Shown here in pieces: positions 13,005 to 25,750 of a stretch of DNA of 64,000 nt. Made by a program: the position numbers and the translations under genes. The notes under the pieces are model-generated. The model was not told the DNA's origin, made no database searches, and worked only from the letters and a program-made list of their open reading frames with translations. Each line of letters opens with the position of its first letter. Positions within the stretch are counted from its first letter, which is position 1. The DNA is from Callorhinchus milii (taxonomy: Eukaryota): positions 120,468,001 through 120,532,000 of the forward strand of contig NW_024704742.1 of assembly GCF_018977255.1 (NCBI RefSeq). The letters run 5' to 3'.

Positions 13005-14014
13005 CATACATCCACATGTATGCGGATGACACCCAACTCTACCTTTCCTCCTCTACTCTCAACTCCACGACCACCGATGTCCTGACAGCTGCCTGTCCGA
13101 CATCGAGTCCTGGACGAGAGACAACTTTCTTCAGCTCAACGTGCGAAAAACCGAGGCCCTCCTGATTGGTTCGCGTCAGCGCCTCCGCACCTCAGGCGCC
13201 GACACCATCAGCATCCAAGGCTGCACTCTCCACCTCTCAAAGCCAGTCAGGAACCTCGGCGTTTTGTTCGACCCTGAGCTGTCCTTTCTCCCTCACATCC
13301 GCACCACAACTGGCACCGCCTTCCATCACCTCCGGAACATCGCCAGACTACGGCACTACCTCACCCCTCACGCTGCTGAAACCCTGGTCCACGCCTTTAT
13401 CACCTCAAGGCTGGACTATGGGAACTCTCTCCTCGTCGGCCTTCCCGGCACCTCCCTCCACAAGCTGCAGGTCATTCAGAACTCTGCAGCTCGTGTACTG
13501 TCCCGCACCAGGCTTCGGACCACATCACTCCCACCCTCGCTCGCCTCCACTGGCTCCCCATCCCCCAGAGGATTGATTTCAAGATCCTCATCCTCACCTA
13601 CAAGGCCATTCACGGCCTTGCTCCCTCCTACCTCTCCAACCTACTATCCCCCTACCTACCTGCCCGTACCCTCCGTTCCTCCGGCTCCGGTCTGCTCCAC
13701 GTCCCCCGCCCCAATCGCCCTACCATCGGTGGTCGGGCCTTCAGCCTCTCAGCCCCTAGGCTCCGGAACTCTATCCCCCAGTGCCTCCGCCGCCTCCTCC
13801 CTTTCCTCCTTCAAGGCCGGTCTCAAAACCTTTCTCTTTGACCGAGCCTTCAGCTCCCCTCTCGACTCTCTACCCCCTCCTCGCTCCCTCCCTTCCCTCC
13901 CCTCACCCTGACCATTTCCCCCCTGCTCGGGTCATGACCCAACTGCAGCGCCTTGGGACGTCCTCCTGACGTGAAAGGCGCTTTATAAATGGAATCTTGT
14001 TGTTGTTGTTGTTG
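13005..14014 (+). mobile_element. Young 5'-truncated L2 LINE
   Basis: MYADDTQLY...KTEALLIG...VRNLGVLFDPELSF...LVHAFITSRLDY...HWLP, CpG-rich, ending in gcgccttgggacgtcctcctgacgtgaaaggcgc and a (TTG)n tail. Confidence 0.95.
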
Positions 14015-14170
14015 TAAGGACCTTGGTGTATCACCTTGTTTGAAGCACAGCACCTCCAACAATGCACTATATTGGAATGTCAGACTGTCTATACGACGTC
14101 CCAAGGGGGTCCCTAACCCATAACCTTCTGACTGAAGAGACGAGAGTGCTACTAACTGAGCCAAGCTGAC
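14015..14170 (-). mobile_element. Deu-domain SINE, 5' half with tRNA-like head
   Basis: acagcacctcc...ggaatgtcag...aaccttctgact...gagagtgctactaactgagcca. Confidence 0.65.
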
Positions 14171-15070
14171 ACCTCATTTACATTACTTTGAAATAAAGTA
14201 TAGCATATATTAACTTTGAAACATAATGTGCCTTGAAAAGAATTGCTGAGGCAAAGGGAGGGCACTTTGTCCCAAATCCCTGACTAGTCTTCAGTGGATC
14301 TCAATATTTTCGAAAAGGACTGAATCACACTACAGCACTTGTCAGGCTGCTCAGGAGAAGCACTTTCTATGAAAAAGTGAAGTTCACTGTCACAAACCCA
14401 CTTGGTTTGGGTCTCTTGGTTTCACACATCTGGGTGAGAAAAGCTTGACTATTTAAATACTGACAAGAGCTTGGTCACTGATAGAATCAGTGGAATCTGC
14501 CTTTAATAGAATTTTTGTTTACAGTGGAATCTGCTACGCAAAAGGGAAAGTCTAAAATTTCATCTTAAAATGAAGCGGCTGTTTTGGAAAAGGGAACCGA
14601 CCTGTTACTGGTTAAAGTGACATTAAAAAGTACTATATGTTGTAATTTTATGTTTCGTTCTGTCACGCCTTTGCCTATGCCTGTAAAAAAAAATTGTTTT
14701 AAACTGTCAATTGTCTACTGATTTCTACGTTGCTACAAAGACTAGAAAATATATTTTGCAAGGTCCCTGTACAGACTGTTGGCAAATTTGCTAGGGAATT
14801 TGACGCAGGCGTATGAGCTTTGCTTCAAAACGCAGGACTAATCAGGATACAAATCAATCTAGATATCTCTGAGGGAGACTAAATCCTAGCACCCATTAAA
14901 AACGAATGACAAAATAGAAATACGGTGTTTAATTAAGGTTTTAATTCATTATTAATTTAATAGAGATGTTGAATATAGAATTTACCCATGTCAGGAGGAA
15001 TGACTAAATCACAACTGCTTTAGCCACTTACCAAATTGTGAAGGTTCTATTATGCATACAATACATTTTG

Positions 15071-15256
15071 TAATAATAATAATCCTTGCATTTGATATAG
15101 TGCTTTATCACATCTTTGAGACGTCTCAAAGCGCTTCACAGAATATACTGTAAAGTGAATTGACTATATATTTTGTGGGCAAAATGCAGCAGACAATTGT
15201 GCACAGCAGTGTCCCACAAACAGTCGTGGATTGAACCCAATTCATTATTATTATTG
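15071..15256 (-). mobile_element. L2-tailed SINE, 3' part
   Basis: Family body and tail. Confidence 0.88.
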
Positions 15257-15687
15257 TATTCAGGTAATGTCACGATTCACAAATTTTAACAATTATACTG
15301 GATGTTTCAAGGACAAAGAACTCCTTAATTTTCCGGTAGTTTACATGAAACAGTTTCTATAAGGTCTTCTTTCAAGATTGGAGTCCTAACTTATCTAATT
15401 GTTGCTCATGCAAATCATCCTTAGTGCTCCCCTCTGAACTGTCATTGGGCCCTTATGTTGCAGCGACCAGAAGTGTATGCAGTAAATAAAATGAATGGCT
15501 ATTTTATCAATTTACTGGAGGATTGTTGGCCCTTCTTTTTTCAAATAGCAGCATATGATCTTTAATGTTCACCTGAATAGACAGATGAACATTGTCTCAT
15601 TCGAATGATGGCACTTCAGACTCAAACTCAGCACTCCTCAGTACTCCACTCCGTTGGAATGTCAGCCTAAACTGTGAGTATAAAGTC

Positions 15688-16300
15688 AACAACAACTTGC
15701 ACTTATATAGGCCCTTCACAAGGGTAGCATCTTGGAGTGCTTAAGTGGTGGAGTTTGACACCAAGCTGGGGGGAGGTGACCATAGGCACGGTCGAAGAAG
15801 ATCTTCACATGTGATCGAAGATGGGGAAGGAGGGGGCAAGGCGGAGGGAATAAGGGAGAAAGTTCCATAGTTTTGGGGTGTAGTGGCCGAAAGCACATCC
15901 GCCAATGCAGCAGAGGGTACAAGGTACATGCAGGATGTCAGAGTCAGCTGCCTGGAGGCAGCGGGTAGTTGAGTGAGTAGTAAGCAGGTTGGAGATGTAG
16001 GGAGGTGCCAGGACATGAAGCAAATTGTAAACGACTGTGAGAATCTTGAAGTTGATCCGTTCTGTAATAGGGAGCCAGTGAACTGGGAGGACTGGTGGGA
16101 TGGGGGTATGGAGTTTGATGCAGGTAAGTATATGGGCGGCAGAGTTTTGAATTAACTGGATTTTGTAGATAGTGGAACTGGGGAGACCAACAAGGAGGGC
16201 AATGGAAGAATCGAGGGGGGAAGTGAAGAAAGCTGGATTGGGGTTTCAGCTGCGTTGGATGTGAAGTAAGGCCGGAGGTGGCCGTAGTTTGCAAGGTTAA
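15688..16300 (-). mobile_element. L2 LINE 3' fragment
   Basis: (caa)n tail; minus-strand ORFs with LAPPYISNLL and IGG.AF...P.LWN motifs. Confidence 0.85.
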
Positions 16301-17219
16301 AGGGAGTTTTCATATGAACCCACACCTTCTGTCCCAGAAACAAGAGTGCTATCCCAAAATATTATTTTACACATTCCGAGGATAAAAATATCTCTCTGTT
16401 AGTGTACGTTTTGTTTATTGCCCTGCAGTTAATAAGTGGCCCATTCAACATTATTCTTTAAATTCCAAAAGAGAGCTAGGGACATCTAATGGCAAACAGT
16501 AAATTCTACATAATTCATCATGGCAAATATCTTATAAGTATTTAGATCATTCTACAATTAAATAAATTTGACCTAGACAAGAACTCGACATTCTACTGTA
16601 CACACAAATATAATGAAAGGCTACGTAAAACAGGCTGAAAGACCTCTACTTGCATTTGGCATTAAAAAAAGAAATAATGCCAGACAAAAACCAAACATAT
16701 TGAATTAATTATCTGTGCTCTTCTAATCTCAACACATTGCGAAACTTTGGCTTTTACTACTTCAGCTCAAAAACGTTCCATCTGTGACCCAATCATAGTG
16801 CACACAGTTCTTAAATGTAATTAAATGTTCACACCACAAGGTTCTCACTGATTTAACCCATTGCCTTTTCAGAAAATGTTCAACATGTCCCACTGACATT
16901 ATTAAAACCTGTTTTTTTGGCTTATTTCAATGTTTCATGAGCTCATATACAAGTGCATAGCCAATACCAAACTGCAATTTAATATAGTATGGACCAAGAA
17001 AATGCTATTCAACCCACTGAAAACATTGAACCTATCACATACAATTTGCTCTCTCATAGATTATCCACAATTTATTGGATGAACGACTAATACTTCCAGG
17101 AAAATAAAACTAAATAAGTTTGAAACCTTATTGTCTATATTTTACAAATACATCTATTTGAGCTGGAATTTAATTTTCTGTGCAGTATTTAATCGTTGAG
17201 GTCGACCAATAGATCCAAT

Positions 17220-17435
17220 TAAATTTACAGCACAGAAGGCCATTCGGTCAATCATATCTGTCCTCATTGTTTGAAAGAGCAACCCATGTGGTCCCATTTT
17301 CCTGCCTATTCTCCATACGCCTGAAAATGACCCTGTTTTAGCAATCTATCAACTTCCCTCTTGAACCACTGCATCTGGAAGGCCATTGCACACCCTAACA
17401 ACTCCTTGAGTCAAATAAATCCTCTTAATATGACC
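17220..17435 (-). mobile_element. CR1-like LINE 3' end
   Basis: tacagcacagaaggccattcgg tail; ORF shows YLTQGVVRVCNGLPDAVV (CR1 F.QRVV..WN.LP..VV). Confidence 0.75.
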
Positions 17436-17439
17436 TCCA

Positions 17440-17650
17440 AAGAAAAAGAAGGTTAAAGATGCCAAGAAGATGCTCGGGCAAATTAGCAAAAGCCAAAAAG
17501 GAGGATGACGCTGGGCAGAAAAAGGCAACCGTGGACTAGCTAAGTCCAACACAGAAAGCATTAGATAAAGTGCAGGAAAAGCAGCAAATTTTGAAGAAGG
17601 CATTAAAAACGCACAAGCAGAGCGTGGAGGAATTTAACAGTCATCTGGAT
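17440..17650 (+). pseudogene. FAM32A: Processed pseudogene fragment of FAM32A
   Basis: Translates KKKKVKDAKKMLGQISKSQK / (+1 frameshift in A-run ~17495-17500) EDDAGQKKATVD*LSPTQKALDKVQEKQQ---ILKKALKTHKQSVEEFNSHLD, versus recalled FAM32A DKRTPAQAAFEKMQEKRQMERILKKASKTHKQRVEDFNRHLD. No introns, TAG at 17537-17539, and a 3-codon deletion. Confidence 0.88.
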
Positions 17651-18021
17651 ATGGCATTTTTCATTCTATGATAGCCTCAAAGTCAGATGGACTAAATGAG
17701 GCCGTTGACAGAATTCCCCACTCATCTGTTCTTTTTTTTATGTTTTGAGGAGGAAGAGTTGCCCCTTGTGTCTCTGATAAAAACAATGGCTCTTTACTGG
17801 TTTTATTGATTGCTGAGTATTGCTGCTAGGCTGGATTCCAGTGGCATTAACTATACTATTCTACATAAAAATAATCTGGTTTAATTCCTGACCTGTGTTG
17901 AGCTTGCTGATCTCAGCCAAGGCAATGGTTGAGGCTCTATTTGGTCTCAGCATGTCCCAAGCTTAAAGGAGAGGAAATCAACCTGAGCCCCAACTCCTCA
18001 TCACTATCCATTATACAAATA

Positions 18022-18197
18022 AAATTTGATCACTCAATTCATGAGTGTTTGGGGGACACTGCTGTGCACAACTGGCTGCCGTGTTCCGTCCACAAGTTAT
18101 ACAGTCAATTTGACTTTAAGTATATTCTGTGAGGTGCTTTGAGACATCCCAAAGACGTGATAAAGCGCTATATCAAATGCAAGGATTATTATTATTA
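18022..18197 (+). mobile_element. L2-tailed SINE, 3' part
   Basis: Family body and (att)n tail. Confidence 0.85.
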
Positions 18198-18874
18198 CTA
18201 ATTGATAGCCTTATCCTTATATTCCCCAATGGCATTCCTAACCAAAATTCATCCAACTCTTGATTGGAGTCTATTTCACATGTTCATTATTATTTTCAAT
18301 TAGCTGTTTTGGGGAATCACAGCTAGGTGCAATCCACAAATTGCCAATGCAAGAGCACTTTCCACCAGATGCAAATGAGTAGAACTCAGGAGCAGAAACT
18401 CTGGTTGATTTGCGTATCTCTGATCCAAGGGGAGTGAGGCTAACTATAAATTCCCTACATTTGTTAAAGTGGGGATAGGAAAAGTCAGTGCAATACCTTT
18501 TTGACACGTACTGGCTTGTTCAGAGTAGAAACTAGGAGCAAGCTCATTCCACATTTCTGAACTGCATAAACTAAAATATACTCTAATATATATTCTATCT
18601 AGGTGCAGAAAGTAAATAGATCAGTGCTAGAGTTAGGACTAACCAGGTATTCCAATTACATAAAAATCTGACAACAGGGACATTAGGCGTATAATTACTG
18701 GAGTAATTCTCTAGTAATTCTATATCTGATGTCTAGAGTAATTCTACACCCAAGGTGATTGTTCACGATCACATTAGTACACAGAACAAGAGAGAAACTT
18801 TTTTGTGGTAGTGGTGATATAGGACAGTTGCCAAGTGAAGGCTTAAATTGGTACCAGTCAGTTGACAGGTGTCA

Positions 18875-19165
18875 GTTTGGTTCAGTTTGCAGCATGCTTG
18901 CTTTGGGTCAGAAGTGAAGTCCTGTGTCAGTTTTTCAGACTCACAATCTTGCCAAACACTCCAGTGCAGTACTGCAGGAATGCTGAGTTGTCCTTAATTC
19001 AGTCCTTTGAATTAAGTGTTAAAACCAAGGTGTTCAGACAGATGTTAAAGATATTAAAGATCCCATGAGATAATTCGAAAATAATCCAGGCAACAATTCT
19101 CCCAAATTCTATTTAGCTGTTTGTTGGCCCTGCTGTCTGCAAATTGGTTGCACATACATAGTCAC
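18875..19165 (+). mobile_element. Degraded Deu-domain SINE
   Basis: acactccagtgcagtactg...gatgttaaag...atcccatg. Confidence 0.55.
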
Positions 19166-20340
19166 TGTGATTTCACTGGGGAATTAAGTTCCACATTGGG
19201 GCTTGAAGTCTCAAAATATTTCACAGGCAACTGAAATCTTAATATTTTCATTTTTATTTCCATCATTTTGTTGAAGACTCTGCTGTGTATGTTAATGATG
19301 AATAAGAGAAGTATGTTGTGCATTTGTGAGAGAATGAAAGAGCAAGAAACAAAAATAGGTTTCATGGTAAAAGAGCACATGAAAAAGGCTCAAGAGAGAG
19401 ATAGACCAATCACACAGGGAGTGAAAAATAATAAAGAAAACACGCCAGACAGAAAAATGAGCGAAGGAAAGAAAAATAGACTCAAGAGATCATAGAGGAA
19501 GAAAAATAAAAAAATTCTGGAGAAACTGTACATGCACAGTATGAATGCTGGGATAACTGTGCATGTCGGAATGTGAAACCAGCAGGTGGGAATTTTTTTT
19601 AATATAGCTTAAGATTGATTGGGTTCTTCCCCGTAAGCGAAAGCCCACCCTATTGACATATGTGTGCATGTGGTGGCCCAATAAAATCTGGGTGAGTTAA
19701 AAGTTATGTTGTCCTTACCCAATGTCCACACATGTCCATTTTTCAACAGAGATCAATGGAGAGCAATCAAGAATCGGAATCCCCTCCCCCACCAATGCAG
19801 AAAATATATAGATGAGAGCTGGAACTAATCAGGTAAGAACTTACAGAAAATTGGCCTTAAAATTGGTTGTATTTGCCTAATTTTGGAACCTCTAAAATGG
19901 TACATAAATAGAGTAAATTGAGACCCAGGAAGAACTTCTCCCCATAACTGTGAACATTGAAATGAAATGTAAATAACTGCAGAATGAAAGATATTCATTT
20001 GGGTTTACTTTTTGCACTCTCAGCTTCATTTGACTGATTACAGTAGTCTCTGCCAACGCTGAAAGAAAATAGGCATTTTAAAATCCTATTTGTCTACAAC
20101 GTAGCACGCACATTGTTTAAGTATTTAAATGCATCAATAATAGATGCGTTGATCAGCTTTGAGTGTGTCTAGTGTGTAACAACAGAAAAAGATATGGATG
20201 AGATGTAAAAAAAGGGCACATTTTCTATTAAATTGAGACCAAAGGACTGAGACAAGGGATTTAGTATAATATATATATATATATACTAAATATTGGGGAA
20301 AATAAAAAAAGACATTGTGCATTGATGGAAGGGAAAACTA

Positions 20341-20433
20341 TACCAAAAAATAATTTACACAATCATATTATTACCAAAAAATAATTTACACAATCATACT
20401 ATTATCAAAAAATAATTTACACAATCATACTGT
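20341..20433. repeat. Minisatellite, 3 x 31 bp
   Basis: Unit TACCAAAAAATAATTTACACAATCATA(T/C)TAT at 20341, 20372 and 20403. Confidence 0.95.
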
Positions 20434-21234
20434 TGAGAGCAGGAAGCCAAAAGAGAGCTTGCACATGGACAGATCACTTAAAAGACCAAATTGCTTGAGA
20501 ATTGCTTATTTCATTGGCTACTGAAAGATGTGGGTGAGATAGAAAATGTGTCCAAGTAGGATGAAATGTGGGGTGAGTTAAATGAACTGGAGGTATTCTA
20601 GAAAAACTTCTACAACTGGGCTAGACTCAGGACAGCAACAGATAGTAGGATCTACAGTAAATTTTGAGTAAAATGCAAAGCAGAATCTGCTTACGTTGAG
20701 TGTCACCTGGAGTTTTTTTTTCTGAGAAAACCAAATAAAGCACTCACATCTTCATAGAATAGAACAAAAAGCTTGGTTAGGACATAATAATACAATACTA
20801 TTATTATAATAATACTACTTAGATTTTAAATGAAAATGCAGAACATATGTAGAACTCTGTCTGATTTGGATACTCTTAGGCATGGTGATGGGTTGCTGCA
20901 TTTGTCAGACATTTAACTGAACAACAATAAGATTTCATTTATAGAGCGCCTTTCACATTGGGAGGACGTGATTATTATTTATTTAATTGAAGGGGTGAAA
21001 GTGACTGAGCTAGAACCACCGCTGAATGCAATGTGTAATAGTGGACAGGAATATTTTCAATGTGGAATTTTATTGTTGCCAACTGTATTTTTCCTATGCA
21101 ATTGAGTGGGTTTATCTGGGAAATTACTTCTAAAGGGAAGCAAAACCTTAAGGAAGCAGCAGTGGATGCCATAGCAAGGGCTAAAATCTGGAAAAGGTAT
21201 ATAGGATGCTACATATCACCCATGTATTATTTTT

Positions 21235-21395
21235 GGTCTGACATATGTAGAAACCCATCAACATGCTTAAGAGTATCCAAACCAGACAGAGTTCTACATA
21301 TGTTCTACCGTTTCATCTACACAGGGAATTCCGTGTGTCTGGAATGACAGAACACATTCTCTCCAGGTGACACACCCTACTTACTAAATTCTGGT
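21235..21395 (-). mobile_element. 3' end of an RTEX/Crack-like LINE family
   Basis: Shares catgcttaagagtatccaaacca...ctctcc.gg..acac..cct.ctta with 31125, 34687, 57976 and the reverse complement of 63260-63420. Confidence 0.55.
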
Positions 21396-21579
21396 GCGTA
21401 GTAGGCAAAAGCTATTATTATAACAATAACCAAAACAATATATTATAATCCTGACATTTGGTGTAGCACCTTTCATGACAGGAGGATATCTCAAAGAGAT
21501 TCACAGGGTTACTCTAAAGTAAAGTGACTATGTATTTTATAGACAGAGTCCATTGGTCGAGGCAGAGAGTCCATTGTTG

Positions 21580-21727
21580 GTTTCAAGAGGGAAGTATATA
21601 AAAGATAGAGGCTTGAAGGGGTTTGGGATAGGGCAGGACAGTGGGATTGAAAGTGCAGCTTGCTCAAAGAACCAGAGCAATTCAATAGGCCGAATGGCCT
21701 CCATCTGTGCTGTAGATTTCTATGATT
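21580..21727 (+). mobile_element. CR1 3' end / CR1-tailed SINE fragment
   Basis: ggccgaatggcctccatctgtgctgtagatttctatgatt. Confidence 0.7.
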
Positions 21728-22342
21728 AATCCATCTTCTTTCAGAATTTTTTTTGTGAAAAAATGATAAATAATCCAAAAAAATCATCTTTTTCTTACAG
21801 GTAAAATGCTACAATCTATTTTTAAACAGCTCTGCTCATGTCTCTCTAGAACTTTAAATTTGTTATGTACAAATCAAACAAGTTCTCCGGCATTCATTCA
21901 TCTTCATGATAGAATGGAAACACCAATCTGGGCATAATTTATACTTTATATTTCTTGTTACTTTCTCATCTCTTAACTCTCTCAACAATAAATACACACG
22001 TAGGAGCAAATAAGTCAGAATTACCATTTGAATTCTATATTGACCTTTTAAAAATTGCCGCTTTGATGAAAGTGGGTATCAAACTAGCTGATACCAAGAT
22101 GAGAGCAGATCTCAGAAATTTAAGATATGAAAAAAGTTTGAGGAAATTTGTTGAGCTTGTTTTTGTTGGAAAAGAGGAAACCGATGTGGCTGAATATCAG
22201 TTTTTGAATTCATGATGATTCATTAAGTGGATACACACAAATTGCTTACACACTGATCAGTTTCAAAATTTTGAGTTAAAATGGAAAAATTAAATGGATG
22301 ATGGAGTATAAAAGGAACATTTTTTATTCAAACTCCTGTAAT

Positions 22343-22905
22343 ACAACAACAAAATTACATTTGTATAGAGCCTTTCATGTCAGGAAGACGTCCCAATGCG
22401 CTGGACAGTCAATGTTTCGGACCTGAGCTGAGGTTTGAGATCGGGCAGAGTGAAGGGTGGGGGGTAAGGAGGGTGACCTAAGGCATGGTGGAAGAGGAGG
22501 GTTTTGAGACGGGTGTTGCAAGAGGCAAGGGAGGGGGCGAGATGGAGGGCCTGTGGATGGAGTTCCAGAGGGTGGGTGCAGAGTGGCAGAAGGCCCGTCC
22601 GCTAATGGTGGAGCGAGTAAAGCGCGGAACTTGAAGCAGGCCGGAGCCCGCTAAGCGGAGGAAGCAGGCAGGCTAGTAGGGTGTTAGGAAGTCGCAGAGG
22701 TAGGGGGGAGCAAGGCCATGAAGAGCTTTGAAGGTTAGGGCCAGGATCTGGAAATGTACCATCTGTGTGATGGGAAGCCAGTGAAGTCGGACGAGGATGG
22801 AGTTGATGAGGGCGTGGAGCCGGTTGCAGGAGAGGACATGGCCTGCAGAGTTCTGGATGGTCTGCAGCCTATGGAGGAGGGAGTTGGGGAGACTGACAAG
22901 CAGGG
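22343..22905 (-). mobile_element. L2 LINE 3' fragment
   Basis: (caa)n tail and reverse complement of the L2 ORF2 C-terminus and 3' UTR. Confidence 0.88.
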
Positions 22906-23194
22906 AATAGGGGAAAAAGATTTTTAAAAAATATTCTCATGTCATTAGGATTGCCTCTTCCTGGACTAGACTTGTTCTGTGAGATATATATTCTCACTCT
23001 TGCTGTTCCACCAAGTTTAGTGAGGGTAATAGCTTTGAAAGAATATGAGAAGTATCGGCCAACTCCAGGAAAATGCAATACTTACTAGAAGGCAGGATAG
23101 TATAGAATATGTGCTGAGTGGAAATGTACTTGAGTATCAGAGCAAGAGAGAAAACTTGGGGTTTTGATGGGTGGGTCACTGAAATTATTAGTGC

Positions 23195-24519
23195 AGGCCA
23201 TAGTATGGAAACAGCCCTGGTCAAAGTCACTAATGACATTCTGAACATCTGTGATCAGGGCTCCCTCTGCCTCCTTGTCCTCCTCAATCTCTCTGCCGCC
23301 TTTGACACTGTCGACCACTCCATCCTCATACACCGCCTCTCCTCTTTACTTAATCTTTGTGGATCTACCCTTGCCTGGTTCGATTCCTATCTCTCTCACT
23401 GTCTCCACTTTGTTGCCTCTAATGGTTTCTCCTTCAGCCCCCGCACTGTCACATCTGGTGTCCCCCAGGGCTCTGTCCTTGGCCCTCTCCTCTTTAATAT
23501 CTATATGCTCCCCTTTGGTGATATCATCTGCAGACATGGGGTCAACTTCCATATGTATGCGAATGACACCCAACTCTATCTTTCTGCCTCCACCCTCAAC
23601 GTCAGAACCACTGCTGTCCTGACAGACTGCCTGTCGGACATCAAGTCCTGGATGAGGGTAAATTTCTTACAGTTGAATGTGAACAAGACTGAGGCCCTCC
23701 TGATTGGCTCGTACCAGCGCCTCAGCACCTCAGGCTCTGGCAACATCAACCTCCATGGTTGCACACTACAATTCAGCAAACCAGTCAGGAACCCAGGTGT
23801 CTTGTTTGACCCTCAAATGTCTTTTCTTTCCCAAATCCAAGTTATGACCCGCTCTGCACTTCCCTCACCTCCATAACATCGCCCGACTCCGCCACTACCT
23901 CACCCCTCAGGCCACTGAAACTCTTGTTCATGCCTTCATCACCTCCAGGCTCAACTATGCAAACGCCCTGCTTGTCGGCCTTCCCAACTCCTCCCTCCAC
24001 AAGCTTCAGATAATCCAGAACTCTGCAGCCTATGTCCTGTCCCGCACCAAACACGGTGACTCCATCTCCTGCATTCTCGCCCGACTCCATTGGCTCCCTA
24101 TCCTTCAGAGGATCCAGGTCAAGATCCTGGTCCTCACATACAAAGCCCTCCATGGCCTCGCCCCACCTTACCTCAGCGTCCTCCTAACCCCCTACCAACC
24201 CACCTGCTCCCTCCGCTCAGCCGGCTCCGGCCTGCTCCACATCCCCGACCCACCCGCCCCACCATTGGCGGGAGAGCCTTCAGCCACTCTGCCCCCAACC
24301 TCTGGAACTCCATCCCCCAGTCACTCCGCCTCGCCCCCTCCTTAGCCTCCTTCAAGTCCCGCCTCAAAACCCTACTCTTCGACTATACCATCGGTCGCCC
24401 CCCCTCCCTTCTCCGCGCCCCCCAACCCCAGCTTGGGTTTGAAATGCTGTACACTGTCCAGCGCCTTGGGACGTCCTCCTGACGTGAAACGCGCTATACA
24501 AATGTAATCTTGTTGTTGT
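23195..24519 (+). mobile_element. L2 LINE ORF2 RT-to-3' end
   Basis: HSMETALVKVTND...LSAAFDTVDH...[14 protein letters not shown]...YANDTQLY, followed by a (TTG)n tail. Confidence 0.95.
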
Positions 24520-24527
24520 ATTCTGCT

Positions 24528-24990
24528 GTTTCTAGATCAATTCCAGAATTCTGAGCTATGAGAAAGATTGGCTCCCTTAGAACGTTTTGGTCTTTTAAAA
24601 AAGGGGAAACTTGATAATGGTGTTTAAACTGTTAACATTTTTTGTAATATTGAATAAAACATAGTAGGCATGCTGAACCAACTACTGACGTCATTGATGG
24701 AACAAGCAATTATAAAGAGTTCCAAAAAGAACCTGGATAAGATTCTGGTGATTAAAATGATTAGGGTTAAAGTGATCTTCCTCATAGCTCAAAATTCTGG
24801 AATTGATCTAGAAACCCTTTGCTAAAGTGCATCTGATAATTGAATATCTTTTTTGAAACGTGGAGATTAAAATTGCACATTCCATAATTTGTCTCACCAA
24901 GGCCAGATATAATTTTAATATCACCTGTATCAAATCATACATTATTCCCTTAACTATACAACCCAACATTCTGTTTGCTGTCTTGATTAA
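24528..24990. mobile_element. Rearranged CR1 fragment with internal inversion
   Basis: LSYEE-like CR1 sequence on the plus strand at 24529-24770 and on the minus strand from 24775; 40-bp inverted duplication. Confidence 0.6.
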
Positions 24991-25509
24991 CTGGGAATAG
25001 GGATAGATGCGTGGAGGGAATATTTTAAGAAAGCTGGATAGGTAGGTTCGATGTTATATTCTTGCCTAAAATAATTACTATGTATAGAGTAAGTCCAGTT
25101 GGTAGCACTCTTGCCTCTGTGTCAGAATGTTATGAGTTCAACGCAAATGTTGGGGCTTTGAATGTTACATCACAGAAACAGGCTATTTGACCATCAAGTC
25201 TGCGTCAGTGTTTTAAACTACACTCCTCTTGTTCCCACACGCTTTTTCCTTGATTTTAATATATGCACAGGAAGAAGCTTCCTATGCTAAAAAAAAACCA
25301 AATTCATATCAGGCTGTCATCAATTACCGTGTATTGCACATGCGCAGGAGGCAACATGACAACCCAATGAATATCTTTCTTAAGCACACAGGAAGCTAGC
25401 CAGCATGTCAGAAGTCAAGTGGTTGGTCCATCTGTTAAACTAACAGCAGTTCCTGGAGCACATGGCTGATCAGCAAACCAGCCTTATAAGGGAGCTCTCC
25501 TACTGTACA

Positions 25510-25750
25510 CACAAAGATGAGGAAGATTATCCTTGTGTTCTGGCCAACAATCCTCTTGATAAATTGGTCATTTTCCCTATGGATCACTCCACAACTGTTT
25601 GTGGGACATTCCTGTGTAGAAAATGGCTACCAATCTCACTCACAAAATACAGAGTCACTTTACAGTACATCTTGTGAATCGCTTTGAAACACCTGGATGA
25701 CATGATGGGGTCCTTGCATATCAAATGCAAGGATTATTAGATTATTATTA
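25510..25750 (+). mobile_element. Degraded Deu-type SINE body and tail
   Basis: tgttctggccaaca...ctgtttgtgggaca...aaatgcaaggattatta. Confidence 0.7.

Noticed and set aside
13141..13911. 256-aa ORF
   Set aside because: Frameshifted, 5'-truncated L2 ORF2 fragment, not a host gene.
19268..19495. K/E-rich 75-aa ORF
   Set aside because: Purine-rich low-complexity DNA with no splice or homology support.
20341..20433. 31-bp repeats of CRISPR-like length
   Set aside because: No spacers, no cas genes, and a vertebrate context.
23118..23876. 252-aa RT-like ORF
   Set aside because: Truncated L2 RT with YAND in place of YADD and a downstream frameshift; not an intact RT or a novel RT system.
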